This document shows positions 24,059 to 38,081 of a stretch of DNA of 64,000 bases, in pieces. Below the pieces are notes generated by a model. The model was given only the letters and a program-made list of their open reading frames with translations, had not been told where the DNA came from and did not search any database. This stretch comes from Macrostomum lignano (taxonomy: Eukaryota), in assembly GCA_002269645.1 (NCBI GenBank), contig NIVC01000254.1:558001-622000 (forward strand), given 5' to 3'. Position 1 is the first letter of the stretch. The number at the start of each line of letters is the position of its first letter. Both the position numbers and the translations under genes were made by a program.

Positions 24059-26958
24059 AACTGGCCGGTTGCGCAGTTGAGGACTGAGAAGCATTTAAGA
24101 GAAAGATTGATTTAAAAACATTTATTTTTAGGTCTTCAAGATTCTACTCTCAGTAGCATGCCCAGGTTTTTGCTCAGTAATATTTAGTAGTAATATTTCT
24201 ATTTATAGTTTGATGTTCGACTTCTACGCTCGTAGTTTGGGAATCGATGCTTCCGTATTGCTTGTCTTTTTTCCCGCAATTGATGCATAGGAATTGTGGC
24301 AGTCCCAGTTTTTACCTATTTTACCTTTTAAAATGGTGCTATCTAGTAATTTTAGAGTTATACAAGCATTATCTAGGGCTGATAGTAGTGTATTGTGCGT
24401 TATACGTGTCCAAGCGCCCGTGCGGTTGCGGCAGCTCAAACTTTTTATCATTATTTTAATTTAACAGTCGGTTTCAGGGTTTTCATTTTGTTTCAGTATC
24501 TGATATTCTCTGTCTGCTAGTTTGTTTGCATTGCTAGAAAATTTGTCTTGCTAATTTTTTAATTATTTAATTTACGCTCGCATTCTGTTGTCAAAGGGAC
24601 TTTGATTTGTACTTAGTAATGAATTAAAACTGCCATTTTCAGTTCATTTGCCACTTACTGATGCATGCGGTGTCAATCTTACTTTTTCTATCTAGAATTA
24701 AAAAATGCATAAGACTTCTTGTTTCCCTTGCTCGCTCGTGTGTTAAAGTTTCATTGCACTTTCTTTGATACTCACTGTTAACTTTTTATTGCACATGTTG
24801 ATTCCTTTAACAAAAGATCTTTTTGTGCATCGTAGCTCGCAAGAAAATTAATTCCCATTCCCATCGAATATACCACTACTAACTTGGTATTTAGTTTTAC
24901 ATATTTTCGCACGCTTCAAATAATAATGATGCTTGTAACTGTTTCGTTTCGTTTAAAAAATATACAAAAAATTCTATAGGTAGTGCGCTATGCCATCCTT
25001 GATAAAATAAACTATTCTCTTTTTTGCTTTTGCTGCGCCGCGGAAACAGTGTTAGTCTGAAGGTGCCGACGGCGTCGGGGTGATGGCGAAATGCTTGAGA
25101 CTTTCTGAGGATGTCCAGCAGTTGTTATTTGCCCACTGCCGAGTCTCGATCAGCGAAACTCGAGAAATTTGGAACAGCGTGTCTATGCCAGTGGTGCCAC
25201 CTGTGTAAGGTCCAGAGACTAGAAGCTCGGCCTGGGTAAAGGCCAGCGACCAACGAAATCAGCTGATGCAGACACATGTGGTCGACGTGTCGATTAAATT
25301 GGAGGCTTGGCAATTAGGCTGCAACTGAGGCTCAAGTGCTGATTGGCGCACAGGGGTGCATTGAATACACTGGCGCTTATGGGAAAAATCCAGCGTTCTG
25401 GCAAAATCGTCGAATATCTCGACGGTCTGGAGGTCTGGCGACTTGATTCTTGCTTGAAAAGGTGCGCAACAAAAAGTTAGTCACGTGCTCTTGAATTTCG
25501 TGTTGCCTCCATTGCTACGTTCCGGGGCAGAAAAAAACGGAAAGGTATTCCTACTGTTAATACGAGGTCAAACCTTAGCGTCGCTGAAATAAAAATATGT
25601 ACTTCTTCATCGCTCTCTTGTTGTGAACCCTCGCAAATGTGATGGAAGGGAGCTAGTAAACCGAGACAATTTTTACTTGACTTAGAAGATTTAGATTTCA
25701 GCCTACGGGATTTGAAGATAAGTTTATTAGAAAAAAATTCAATTAAGACACAATGAATAGTGAGCCTCAGAGTCGTGAAAGCGTTTGTCTGCTTGCTTGC
25801 ATTAGCAAGCAAGCAGAACTAATTATCTAACAATACTTGACCTGTCGACCACAATGTTTTAATATCGTAAGAAAAAGGGATCATATTAAAATGAACTGAA
25901 AATCAGTATACAGTAGTAACTAGCCAGATCCGCACTTTTACTTCTTTAAATACTTGATTGGTAAAAACTTTCTGTTTTTTTATTTAATTAAATAAAAAAC
26001 TAAAACTGCATAAAAGTTTTACTTGCCCTCGCATTATTTATTTTATCGTTTCTGAGAAACAAATTTTTGTGAATACAATACATTTTTAAATTAAAAATTC
26101 TTGCGACGAAGCTCAATAGGATGTTATGACTGGTTTTTCAGTTCCAGTTCCCAAATCGTACTTTAAAATCCCGCCGTAACGGAATATGTTACAACGCATA
26201 TTAAAACAAATGTTTACTCCTTTAAGAATGAAGTTGACATTAATATTTAAAAAAAAATAAAATACAATATTATTTAAACTTTTCCTTATTTTATTTATAT
26301 TTTTTGGTAGAAACAAGTACTATTATAGAGGCGAATATTCAAAAAACCACGGTTCGATCTCGGAGTCAACTCGATCTATCATTATCGTTGTATGTGATAA
26401 TGTGACGATAACAATATGAAGTAAGAACTCTACTAAATATGATAAAAAAAAATAATGTGTAGAATGAATAAAAAAAGAAACTAGTAGACAATTATAAAAA
26501 ATGTTTCGTTCTTTTTACACTTGATAAAGACAGTAGTTAACTACAATTAAGTTAACTACAATTACTTTGAACTCAAAAATATTGTGGTAAATTAATAAAT
26601 TAACTAATAGCAATTCAAATAATGGTTTCAATTGACGCTAAAAAATTGTAAAAGTTAAAGGTCCTTATAAAACATGGGTTTTGAATATTACATGTGAAAT
26701 AAAAATATTGAGATAACAATATAAGATAGGATACATGTAATTTATAAGATTATGATGTTACTTCTCCAGAAGAATGCATGTAATTGTCGTAAAAAATTCT
26801 ATCAATAACTTAATACAGACAATACGTAATTTAATCCAATAGTGCACCTTGAATTGATTAATTGTAATTTCTCTACAGACCTTACAAATCTAATTGATCA
26901 AATATTAAACATGTAAATATTTTGCACAATTAGATGTAATTCTTAACTTGCATGTGAT

Positions 26959-27186
26959 CAGGGGCGTGAGCGCGTCGCTATGGATTTTATGGTGGGGGAC
27001 AAAGTCAAGAATTTTAAGTGACGAAATTCCTACATTATTTTTTATATCGGTGTTTCTAACACTCAATTTTATTGCCAAACAGACACTCATTTTGTTCACT
27101 TTTTCATAGCTTTCACTCAGACCAGGGGGGACATGCACAGTTGTCCCTATGTCAGCCCCTGTCCCGCGCGGTGACGCGGGCCCTTG
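26959..27186. mobile_element. 228-bp non-autonomous MITE with 8-bp TSD (hAT-like)
   Basis: CATGTGAT is duplicated exactly at 26951-26958 and 27187-27194. Imperfect terminal inverted repeats CAGGGGC.../...GCCCTTG. Confidence 0.72.
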
Positions 27187-27404
27187 CATGTGATTATGCA
27201 TTTAAAGGTACAATTTCGTAAAATGAAACAATGTACAAGCTAAACCTCGGAAAAATAGGAAATTAAAGGAGTTACAACTCCGAGGGGCCGAGACCTTTCA
27301 CGACTCTGTGAAAGGTCTCGGCCTTTACTCGGCATTTTTTAGGGTTTTTAATTATTATGGCATTTGATTCAGTGCTAAGAGTAACACTTTCTTTTGTCCT
27401 ACGA

Positions 27405-28760
27405 ACCTGTCGAGTCCCCAGCAGCTACATGTAGTTGACGCCATCATATCGCTGTATGGTGATATGTCAGCTCCGCTGGGACATCGGCTCGCTGGTCATG
27501 CCAGCGCCTTGGTCTTTCAGCGTGTCGACAAATAGGCCGACGCTTTGATGCCACCTCGACCAACCTTAATCTAGCGCTGTGCGCCATCAACAGTTGAGGA
27601 CAGGAGTGTGAGGTCGTCGGCGTAGCCTAGAACCGCTCAGGCGCTTCTCGTTGTGGCGGCGACCGATGTGTCTGTGCAGCAGGAAGCCGTCGCCTGCTGA
27701 AGGGGGTCCGTTTCGAAGCTGCACAATCCATGCCAGGAGCAGCACGAAGAGGAACGGTGCTAGAATGTGTCGCTCTGTGTAGCACTCCTAAACGAAGTTT
27801 CAGACAGGTCAGACAAGCCGTCTGCCGTCACCACAGCGTAATGCCGCGGCGCAGACGGGCAGACGACCAACCTCGCGCGCTGTCAGCGGTTCACCTCGAC
27901 GGTCTGATGCCCAACGTTGAGGACGAAATTCGGCGACGCAGATCTAGATCGAGAGGACTTGCCTGGACGGCCTACCGGTCGATTCGCGCCATCCTTCAGT
28001 CCAAAGTGCTGCCCGATCGTCAGAGGGCTCGGCTGTTGAGACCGTGTTGCTCGACAACGCTGCAGAGACGTGGATGTTCAAGGGACGCTAGAATTCGCGC
28101 TACTGGATTTTGTGCTAATTGTCTTCTGCGCACCAGGATTTTGCACGAATCGGATGATTTTAGGCGACTTGAAATTGAATTCGACTGCATCATTTCTCGC
28201 GACTTACTTCAAGCGACTAGATTTCGCGCGACGTAGAATTTCGTGCGACTGGATTTCGCGCGACTGAATTTCGCGCAACGGGATTTCGATCGACTGGATT
28301 TAAATCCAGTCGTGTGAAATCCAGTCGCTAGAAAGAAGTCGCGCGCTTCAATTCCAGGTCGTGCGATTTCCAGTCGCGCAAATGCAGTCGCTCGAATGCC
28401 AGATCGCGCGAAATCCAGTCGCGCGAATTCTAGCGTCCTGATGTTAACGGTCACGCTGGAGCAACAGCTAAACAATTGGATCGCTCGGCCCGCGGGGCTG
28501 CTCCATGCGTTCAGGCTGACAAAAGCGTCCTGTCCAAGGATGTACCATCCTGCAGCGAGACGGCGACTCCAACTGACAGGCGCTACGTGATCCGGGCTAT
28601 TGCCCTAGCCTGTCCAGGACATCCTGCCGCTCACTTTGCTAGAACAGTTCAGGCGGGCTCAAGCGACCGAGGACACAGAGATACGTGGACTGCATCCTGA
28701 GCAACGTTGGGGCGCCCGACACTGTCGACCAATGGGCCGGACAATTGATTAATTCGCCTG
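27405..28760 (+). pseudogene. Decayed RTE-like non-LTR retrotransposon RT fragment with internal inversion and nested MITE
   Basis: Plus strand: VPQQL..DAIISLY (~27410-27475). Minus strand (~27480-27810): LAPFLFVLLLAW and LGYADDLTLLSST. Plus strand again: EDEIRRRR..GLAWTAYRSIRAILQS..LPDRQRARL, AETWMLTVTLEQQL and RRYVDC. Many frameshifts and stops. Confidence 0.72.
28081..28439. mobile_element. 359-bp MITE (hAT-like) inserted in the LINE fragment
   Basis: Perfect 18-bp inverted repeat GGACGCTAGAATTCGCGC (28083-28100 / 28421-28438). Flanks GATGTTCA (28073-28080) and GATGTTAA (28440-28447) form a 7/8 TSD. The interior carries TGGATTTCGCGCGAC-like subterminal repeats in opposite orientations. 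Confidence 0.8.
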
Positions 28761-28896
28761 CTGGCGCTTCGACATGTCATCTGACGCTCCCTCCACTGAC
28801 TACTGGGGCGACTGCGTATTTTTTGTTGCTGTTGTTCTATAATTACCTACGAGTATAAGCTGGTTATTTTACAAATTCAAAGTTACAAATCCTTAG

Positions 28897-31800
28897 TTAC
28901 GAAATCGTACAGTTTCTGACGTTTCAACATCACGCTATGCAAGATTGAAGACCTGCACTGAAGCAACAGTAAGGTTTGTGAAGCTGATTTTTTATATAAA
29001 CACAGATTTCAGATGGTAAATTGCAAAAATAAAATTGGTTATCAGTTGTTGTTGGGTATTTCGTAGTTCTAGGGGTAGAATTATTTAGCCTGTATGCGAA
29101 ATCCTGCAGTTACTGACGTTTCAACATCACGCTATGCAAGATTGAAGACCTGCACTGAAGCAACAGTAAGGTTTGTGAAGCTGATTTTTTATATAAACAC
29201 AGATTTCAGATGGTAAATTGCAAAAATAAAATTGGTTATCAGTTGTTGTTGGGTATTTCGTAGTTCTAGGGGTAGAATTAGTTAGCCTGTATGCGAAATC
29301 CTGCAGTTACTGACGTTTCAACATCACGCTATGCAAGATTGAAGACCTGCACTGAAGCAACAGTAAGGTTTGTGAAGCTGATTTTTTATATAAACACAGA
29401 TTTCAGATGGTAAATTGCAAAAATAAAATTGGTTATCAGTTGTTGTTGGGTATTTCGTAGTTCTAGGGGTAGAATTATTTAGCCTGTATGCGAAATCCTG
29501 CAGTTACTGACGTTTCAACATCACGCTATGCAAGATTGAAGACCTGCACTGAAGCAACAGTAAGGTTTGTGAAGCTGATTTTTTATATAAACACAGATTT
29601 CAGATGGTAAATTGCAAAAATAAAATTGGTTATCAGTTGTTGTTGGGTATTTCGTAGTTCTAGGGGTAGAATTATTTAGCCTGTATGCGAAATCCTGCAG
29701 TTACTGACGTTTCAACATCACGCTATGCAAGATTGAAGACCTGCACTGAAGCAACAGTAAGGTTTGTGAAGCTGATTTTTTATATAAACACAGATTTCAG
29801 ATGGTAAATTGCAAAAATAAAATTGGTTATCAGTTGTTGTTGGGTATTTCGTAGTTCTAGGGGTAGAATTATTTAGCCTGTATGCGAAATCCTGCAGTTA
29901 CTGACGTTTCAACATCACGCTATGCAAGATTGAAGACCTGCACTGAAGCAACAGTAAGGTCTGTGAAGCTGATTTTTTATATAAACACAGATTTCAGATG
30001 GTAAATTGCAAAAATAAAATTGGTTATCAGTTGTTGTTGGGTATTTCGTAGTTCTAGGGGTAGAATTATTTAGCCTGTATGCGAAATCCTGCAGTTACTG
30101 ACGTTTCAACATCACGCTATGCAAGATTGAAGACCTGCACTGAAGCAACAGTAAGGTCTGTGAAGCTGATTTTTTACATATACACAGATTTCAGATGGTA
30201 AATTGCAAAAATAAAATTGGTTATCAGTTGTTGTTGGGTATTTCGTAGTTCTAGGGGTAGAATTATTTAGCCTGTATGCGAAATCCTGCAGTTACTGACG
30301 TTTCAACATCACGCTATGCAAGATTGAAGACCTGCACTGAAGCAACAGTAAGGTTTGTGAAGCTGATTTTTTATATAAACACAGATTTCAGATGGTAAAT
30401 TGCAAAAATAAAATTGGTTATCAGTTGTTGTTGGGTATTTCGTAGTTCTAGGGGTAGAATTATTTAGCCTGTATGCGAAATCCTGCAGTTACTGACGTTT
30501 CAACATCACGCTATGCAAGATTGAAGACCTGCACTGAAGCAACAGTAAGGTTTGTGAAGCTGATTTTTTATATAAACACAGATTTCAGATGGTAAATTGC
30601 AAAAATAAAATTGGTTATCAGTTGTTGTTGGGTATTTCGTAGTTCTAGGGGTAGAATTATTTAGCCTGTATGCGAAATCCTGCAGTTACTGACGTTTCAA
30701 CATCACGCTATGCAAGATTGAAGACCTGCACTGAAGCAACAGTAAGGTTTGTGAAGCTGATTTTTTATATAAACACAGATTTCAGATGGTAAATTGCAAA
30801 AATAAAATTGGTTATCAGTTGTTGTTGGGTATTTCGTAGTTCTAGGGGTAGAATTATTTAGCCTGTATGCGAAATCCTGCAGTTACTGACGTTTCAACAT
30901 CACGCTATGCAAGATTGAAGACCTGCACTGAAGCAACAGTAAGGTTTGTGAAGCTGATTTTTTATATAAACACAGATTTCAGATGGTAAATTGCAAAAAT
31001 AAAATTGGTTATCAGTTGTTGTTGGGTATTTCGTAGTTCTAGGGGTAGAATTATTTAGCCTGTATGCGAAATCCTGCAGTTACTGACGTTTCAACATCAC
31101 GCTATGCAAGATTGAAGACCTGCACTGAAGCAACAGTAAGGTTTGTGAAGCTGATTTTTTATATAAACACAGATTTCAGATGGTAAATTGCAAAAATAAA
31201 ATTGGTTATCAGTTGTTGTTGGGTATTTCGTAGTTCTAGGGGTAGAATTATTTAGCCTGTATGCGAAATCCTGCAGTTACTGACGTTTCAACATCACGCT
31301 ATGCAAGATTGAAGACCTGCACTGAAGCAACAGTAAGGTTTGTGAAGCTGATTTTTTATATAAACACAGATTTCAGATGGTAAATTGCAAAAATAAAATT
31401 GGTTATCAGTTGTTGTTGGGTATTTCGTAGTTCTAGGGGTAGAATTATTTAGCCTGTATGCGAAATCCTGCAGTTACTGACGTTTCAACATCACGCTATG
31501 CAAGATTGAAGACCTGCACTGAAGCAACAGTAAGGTTTGTGAAGCTGATTTTTTATATAAACACAGATTTCAGATGGTAAATTGCAAAAATAAAATTGGT
31601 TATCAGTTGTTGTTGGGTATTTCGTAGTTCTAGGGGTAGAATTATTTAGCCTGTATGCGAAATCCTGCAGTTACTGACGTTTCAACATCACGCTATGCAA
31701 GATTGAAGACCTGCACTGAAGCAACAGTAAGGTTGTGAAGCTGATTTTTTATATAAACACAGATTTCAGATGGTAAATTGCAAAAATAAAATTGGTTATC

Positions 31801-34800
31801 AGTTGTTGTTGGGTATTTCGTAGTTCTAGGGGTAGAATTATTTAGCCTGTATGCGAAATCCTGCAGTTACTGACGTTTCAACATCACGCTATGCAAGATT
31901 GAAGACCTGCACTGAAGCAACAGTAAGGTTTGTGAAGCTGATTTTTTATATAAACACAGATTTCAGATGGTAAATTGCAAAAATAAAATTGGTTATCAGT
32001 TGTTGTTGGGTATTTCGTAGTTCTAGGGGTAGAATTATTTAGCCTGTATGCGAAATCCTGCAGTTACTGACGTTTCAACATCACGCTATGCAAGATTGAA
32101 GACCTGCACTGAAGCAACAGTAAGGTTTGTGAAGCTGATTTTTTATATAAACACAGATTTCAGATGGTAAATTGCAAAAATAAAATTGGTTATCAGTTGT
32201 TGTTGGGTATTTCGTAGTTCTAGGGGTAGAATTATTTAGCCTGTATGCGAAATCCTGCAGTTACTGACGTTTCAACATCACGCTATGCAAGATTGAAGAC
32301 CTGCACTGAAGCAACAGTAAGGTTTGTGAAGCTGATTTTTTATATAAACACAGATTTCAGATGGTAAATTGCAAAAATAAAATTGGTTATCAGTTGTTGT
32401 TGGGTATTTCGTAGTTCTAGGGGTAGAATTATTTAGCCTGTATGCGAAATCCTGCAGTTACTGACGTTTCAACATCACGCTATGCAAGATTGAAGACCTG
32501 CACTGAAGCAACAGTAAGGTTTGTGAAGCTGATTTTTTATATAAACACAGATTTCAGATGGTAAATTGCAAAAATAAAATTGGTTATCAGTTGTTGTTGG
32601 GTATTTCGTAGTTCTAGGGGTAGAATTATTTAGCCTGTATGCGAAATCCTGCAGTTACTGACGTTTCAACATCACGCTATGCAAGATTGAAGACCTGCAC
32701 TGAAGCAACAGTAAGGTTTGTGAAGCTGATTTTTTATATAAACACAGATTTCAGATGGTAAATTGCAAAAATAAAATTGGTTATCAGTTGTTGTTGGGTA
32801 TTTCGTAGTTCTAGGGGTAGAATTATTTAGCCTGTATGCGAAATCCTGCAGTTACTGACGTTTCAACATCACGCTATGCAAGATTGAAGACCTGCACTGA
32901 AGCAACAGTAAGGTTTGTGAAGCTGATTTTTTATATAAACACAGATTTCAGATGGTAAATTGCAAAAATAAAATTGGTTATCAGTTGTTGTTGGGTATTT
33001 CGTAGTTCTAGGGGTAGAATTATTTAGCCTGTATGCGAAATCCTGCAGTTACTGACGTTTCAACATCACGCTATGCAAGATTGAAGACCTGCACTGAAGC
33101 AACAGTAAGGTTTGTGAAGCTGATTTTTTATATAAACACAGATTTCAGATGGTAAATTGCAAAAATAAAATTGGTTATCAGTTGTTGTTGGGTATTTCGT
33201 AGTTCTAGGGGTAGAATTATTTAGCCTGTATGCGAAATCCTGCAGTTACTGACGTTTCAACATCACGCTATGCAAGATTGAAGACCTGCACTGAAGCAAC
33301 AGTAAGGTTTGTGAAGCTGATTTTTTATATAAACACAGATTTCAGATGGTAAATTGCAAAAATAAAATTGGTTATCAGTTGTTGTTGGGTATTTCGTAGT
33401 TCTAGGGGTAGAATTATTTAGCCTGTATGCGAAATCCTGCAGTTACTGACGTTTCAACATCACGCTATGCAAGATTGAAGACCTGCACTGAAGCAACAGT
33501 AAGGTTTGTGAAGCTGATTTTTTATATAAACACAGATTTCAGATGGTAAATTGCAAAAATAAAATTGGTTATCAGTTGTTGTTGGGTATTTCGTAGTTCT
33601 AGGGGTAGAATTATTTAGCCTGTATGCGAAATCCTGCAGTTACTGACGTTTCAACATCACGCTATGCAAGATTGAAGACCTGCACTGAAGCAACAGTAAG
33701 GTTTGTGAAGCTGATTTTTTATATAAACACAGATTTCAGATGGTAAATTGCAAAAATAAAATTGGTTATCAGTTGTTGTTGGGTATTTCGTAGTTCTAGG
33801 GGTAGAATTATTTAGCCTGTATGCGAAATCCTGCAGTTACTGACGTTTCAACATCACGCTATGCAAGATTGAAGACCTGCACTGAAGCAACAGTAAGGTT
33901 TGTGAAGCTGATTTTTTATATAAACACAGATTTCAGATGGTAAATTGCAAAAATAAAATTGGTTATCAGTTGTTGTTGGGTATTTCGTAGTTCTAGGGGT
34001 AGAATTATTTAGCCTGTATGCGAAATCCTGCAGTTACTGACGTTTCAACATCACGCTATGCAAGATTGAAGACCTGCACTGAAGCAACAGTAAGGTTTGT
34101 GAAGCTGATTTTTTATATAAACACAGATTTCAGATGGTAAATTGCAAAAATAAAATTGGTTATCAGTTGTTGTTGGGTATTTCGTAGTTCTAGGGGTAGA
34201 ATTATTTAGCCTGTATGCGAAATCCTGCAGTTACTGACGTTTCAACATCACGCTATGCAAGATTGAAGACCTGCACTGAAGCAACAGTAAGGTTTGTGAA
34301 GCTGATTTTTTATATAAACACAGATTTCAGATGGTAAATTGCAAAAATAAAATTGGTTATCAGTTGTTGTTGGGTATTTCGTAGTTCTAGGGGTAGAATT
34401 ATTTAGCCTGTATGCGAAATCCTGCAGTTACTGACGTTTCAACATCACGCTATGCAAGATTGAAGACCTGCACTGAAGCAACAGTAAGGTTTGTGAAGCT
34501 GATTTTTTATATAAACACAGATTTCAGATGGTAAATTGCAAAAATAAAATTGGTTATCAGTTGTTGTTGGGTATTTCGTAGTTCTAGGGGTAGAATTATT
34601 TAGCCTGTATGCGAAATCCTGCAGTTACTGACGTTTCAACATCACGCTATGCAAGATTGAAGACCTGCACTGAAGCAACAGTAAGGTTTGTGAAGCTGAT
34701 TTTTTATATAAACACAGATTTCAGATGGTAAATTGCAAAAATAAAATTGGTTATCAGTTGTTGTTGGGTATTTCGTAGTTCTAGGGGTAGAATTATTTAG

Positions 34801-37800
34801 CCTGTATGCGAAATCCTGCAGTTACTGACGTTTCAACATCACGCTATGCAAGATTGAAGACCTGCACTGAAGCAACAGTAAGGTTTGTGAAGCTGATTTT
34901 TTATATAAACACAGATTTCAGATGGTAAATTGCAAAAATAAAATTGGTTATCAGTTGTTGTTGGGTATTTCGTAGTTCTAGGGGTAGAATTATTTAGCCT
35001 GTATGCGAAATCCTGCAGTTACTGACGTTTCAACATCACGCTATGCAAGATTGAAGACCTGCACTGAAGCAACAGTAAGGTTTGTGAAGCTGATTTTTTA
35101 TATAAACACAGATTTCAGATGGTAAATTGCAAAAATAAAATTGGTTATCAGTTGTTGTTGGGTATTTCGTAGTTCTAGGGGTAGAATTATTTAGCCTGTA
35201 TGCGAAATCCTGCAGTTACTGACGTTTCAACATCACGCTATGCAAGATTGAAGACCTGCACTGAAGCAACAGTAAGGTTTGTGAAGCTGATTTTTTATAT
35301 AAACACAGATTTCAGATGGTAAATTGCAAAAATAAAATTGGTTATCAGTTGTTGTTGGGTATTTCGTAGTTCTAGGGGTAGAATTATTTAGCCTGTATGC
35401 GAAATCCTGCAGTTACTGACGTTTCAACATCACGCTATGCAAGATTGAAGACCTGCACTGAAGCAACAGTAAGGTTTGTGAAGCTGATTTTTTATATAAA
35501 CACAGATTTCAGATGGTAAATTGCAAAAATAAAATTGGTTATCAGTTGTTGTTGGGTATTTCGTAGTTCTAGGGGTAGAATTATTTAGCCTGTATGCGAA
35601 ATCCTGCAGTTACTGACGTTTCAACATCACGCTATGCAAGATTGAAGACCTGCACTGAAGCAACAGTAAGGTTTGTGAAGCTGATTTTTTATATAAACAC
35701 AGATTTCAGATGGTAAATTGCAAAAATAAAATTGGTTATCAGTTGTTGTTGGGTATTTCGTAGTTCTAGGGGTAGAATTATTTAGCCTGTATGCGAAATC
35801 CTGCAGTTACTGACGTTTCAACATCACGCTATGCAAGATTGAAGACCTGCACTGAAGCAACAGTAAGGTTTGTGAAGCTGATTTTTTATATAAACACAGA
35901 TTTCAGATGGTAAATTGCAAAAATAAAATTGGTTATCAGTTGTTGTTGGGTATTTCGTAGTTCTAGGGGTAGAATTATTTAGCCTGTATGCGAAATCCTG
36001 CAGTTACTGACGTTTCAACATCACGCTATGCAAGATTGAAGACCTGCACTGAAGCAACAGTAAGGTTTGTGAAGCTGATTTTTTATATAAACACAGATTT
36101 CAGATGGTAAATTGCAAAAATAAAATTGGTTATCAGTTGTTGTTGGGTATTTCGTAGTTCTAGGGGTAGAATTATTTAGCCTGTATGCGAAATCCTGCAG
36201 TTACTGACGTTTCAACATCACGCTATGCAAGATTGAAGACCTGCACTGAAGCAACAGTAAGGTTTGTGAAGCTGATTTTTTATATAAACACAGATTTCAG
36301 ATGGTAAATTGCAAAAATAAAATTGGTTATCAGTTGTTGTTGGGTATTTCGTAGTTCTAGGGGTAGAATTATTTAGCCTGTATGCGAAATCCTGCAGTTA
36401 CTGACGTTTCAACATCACGCTATGCAAGATTGAAGACCTGCACTGAAGCAACAGTAAGGTTTGTGAAGCTGATTTTTTATATAAACACAGATTTCAGATG
36501 GTAAATTGCAAAAATAAAATTGGTTATCAGTTGTTGTTGGGTATTTCGTAGTTCTAGGGGTAGAATTATTTAGCCTGTATGCGAAATCCTGCAGTTACTG
36601 ACGTTTCAACATCACGCTATGCAAGATTGAAGACCTGCACTGAAGCAACAGTAAGGTTTGTGAAGCTGATTTTTTATATAAACACAGATTTCAGATGGTA
36701 AATTGCAAAAATAAAATTGGTTATCAGTTGTTGTTGGGTATTTCGTAGTTCTAGGGGTAGAATTATTTAGCCTGTATGCGAAATCCTGCAGTTACTGACG
36801 TTTCAACATCACGCTATGCAAGATTGAAGACCTGCACTGAAGCAACAGTAAGGTTTGTGAAGCTGATTTTTTATATAAACACAGATTTCAGATGGTAAAT
36901 TGCAAAAATAAAATTGGTTATCAGTTGTTGTTGGGTATTTCGTAGTTCTAGGGGTAGAATTATTTAGCCTGTATGCGAAATCCTGCAGTTACTGACGTTT
37001 CAACATCACGCTATGCAAGATTGAAGACCTGCACTGAAGCAACAGTAAGGTTTGTGAAGCTGATTTTTTATATAAACACAGATTTCAGATGGTAAATTGC
37101 AAAAATAAAATTGGTTATCAGTTGTTGTTGGGTATTTCGTAGTTCTAGGGGTAGAATTATTTAGCCTGTATGCGAAATCCTGCAGTTACTGACGTTTCAA
37201 CATCACGCTATGCAAGATTGAAGACCTGCACTGAAGCAACAGTAAGGTTTGTGAAGCTGATTTTTTATATAAACACAGATTTCAGATGGTAAATTGCAAA
37301 AATAAAATTGGTTATCAGTTGTTGTTGGGTATTTCGTAGTTCTAGGGGTAGAATTATTTAGCCTGTATGCGAAATCCTGCAGTTACTGACGTTTCAACAT
37401 CACGCTATGCAAGATTGAAGACCTGCACTGAAGCAACAGTAAGGTTTGTGAAGCTGATTTTTTATATAAACACAGATTTCAGATGGTAAATTGCAAAAAT
37501 AAAATTGGTTATCAGTTGTTGTTGGGTATTTCGTAGTTCTAGGGGTAGAATTATTTAGCCTGTATGCGAAATCCTGCAGTTACTGACGTTTCAACATCAC
37601 GCTATGCAAGATTGAAGACCTGCACTGAAGCAACAGTAAGGTCTGTGAAGCTGATTTTTTATATAAACACAGATTTCAGATGGTAAATTGCAAAAATAAA
37701 ATTGGTTATCAGTTGTTGTTGGGTATTTCGTAGTTCTAGGGGTAGAATTATTTAGCCTGTATGCGAAATCCTGCAGTTACTGACGTTTCAACATCACGCT

Positions 37801-38081
37801 ATGCAAGATTGAAGACCTGCACTGAAGCAACAGTAAGGTTTGTGAAGCTGATTTTTTATATAAACACAGATTTCAGATGGTAAATTGCAAAAATAAAATT
37901 GGTTATCAGTTGTTGTTGGGTATTTCGTAGTTCTAGGGGTAGAATTATTTAGCCTGTATGCGAAATCCTGCAGTTACTGACGTTTCAACATCACGCTATG
38001 CAAGATTGAAGACCTGCACTGAGGCAACAGTAAGGTCTGTGAAGCTGATTTTTTATATAAACACAGATTTCAGATGGTAAA
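28897..38081. repeat. 197-bp tandem satellite, ~46.6 near-identical copies
   Basis: GTTTCAACATC recurs at 28921, 29118, 29315 ... 37982, which equals 46 x 197 - 1. One unit carries a 1-bp deletion near 31732. Confidence 0.98.

Noticed and set aside
25030-25490. GC-richer island downstream of the spalt-like gene
   Set aside because: There is no sustained ORF, splice pattern or repeat hallmark that I can support.
28897-38081. 197-bp array (and the 20-41-bp arrays) as a CRISPR array or tandem 5S/snRNA/SL-RNA cluster
   Set aside because: There are no unique spacers or cas genes, and the context is eukaryotic. I recognise no 5S, U snRNA or tRNA motifs in the unit, though an Rfam search is still advisable.
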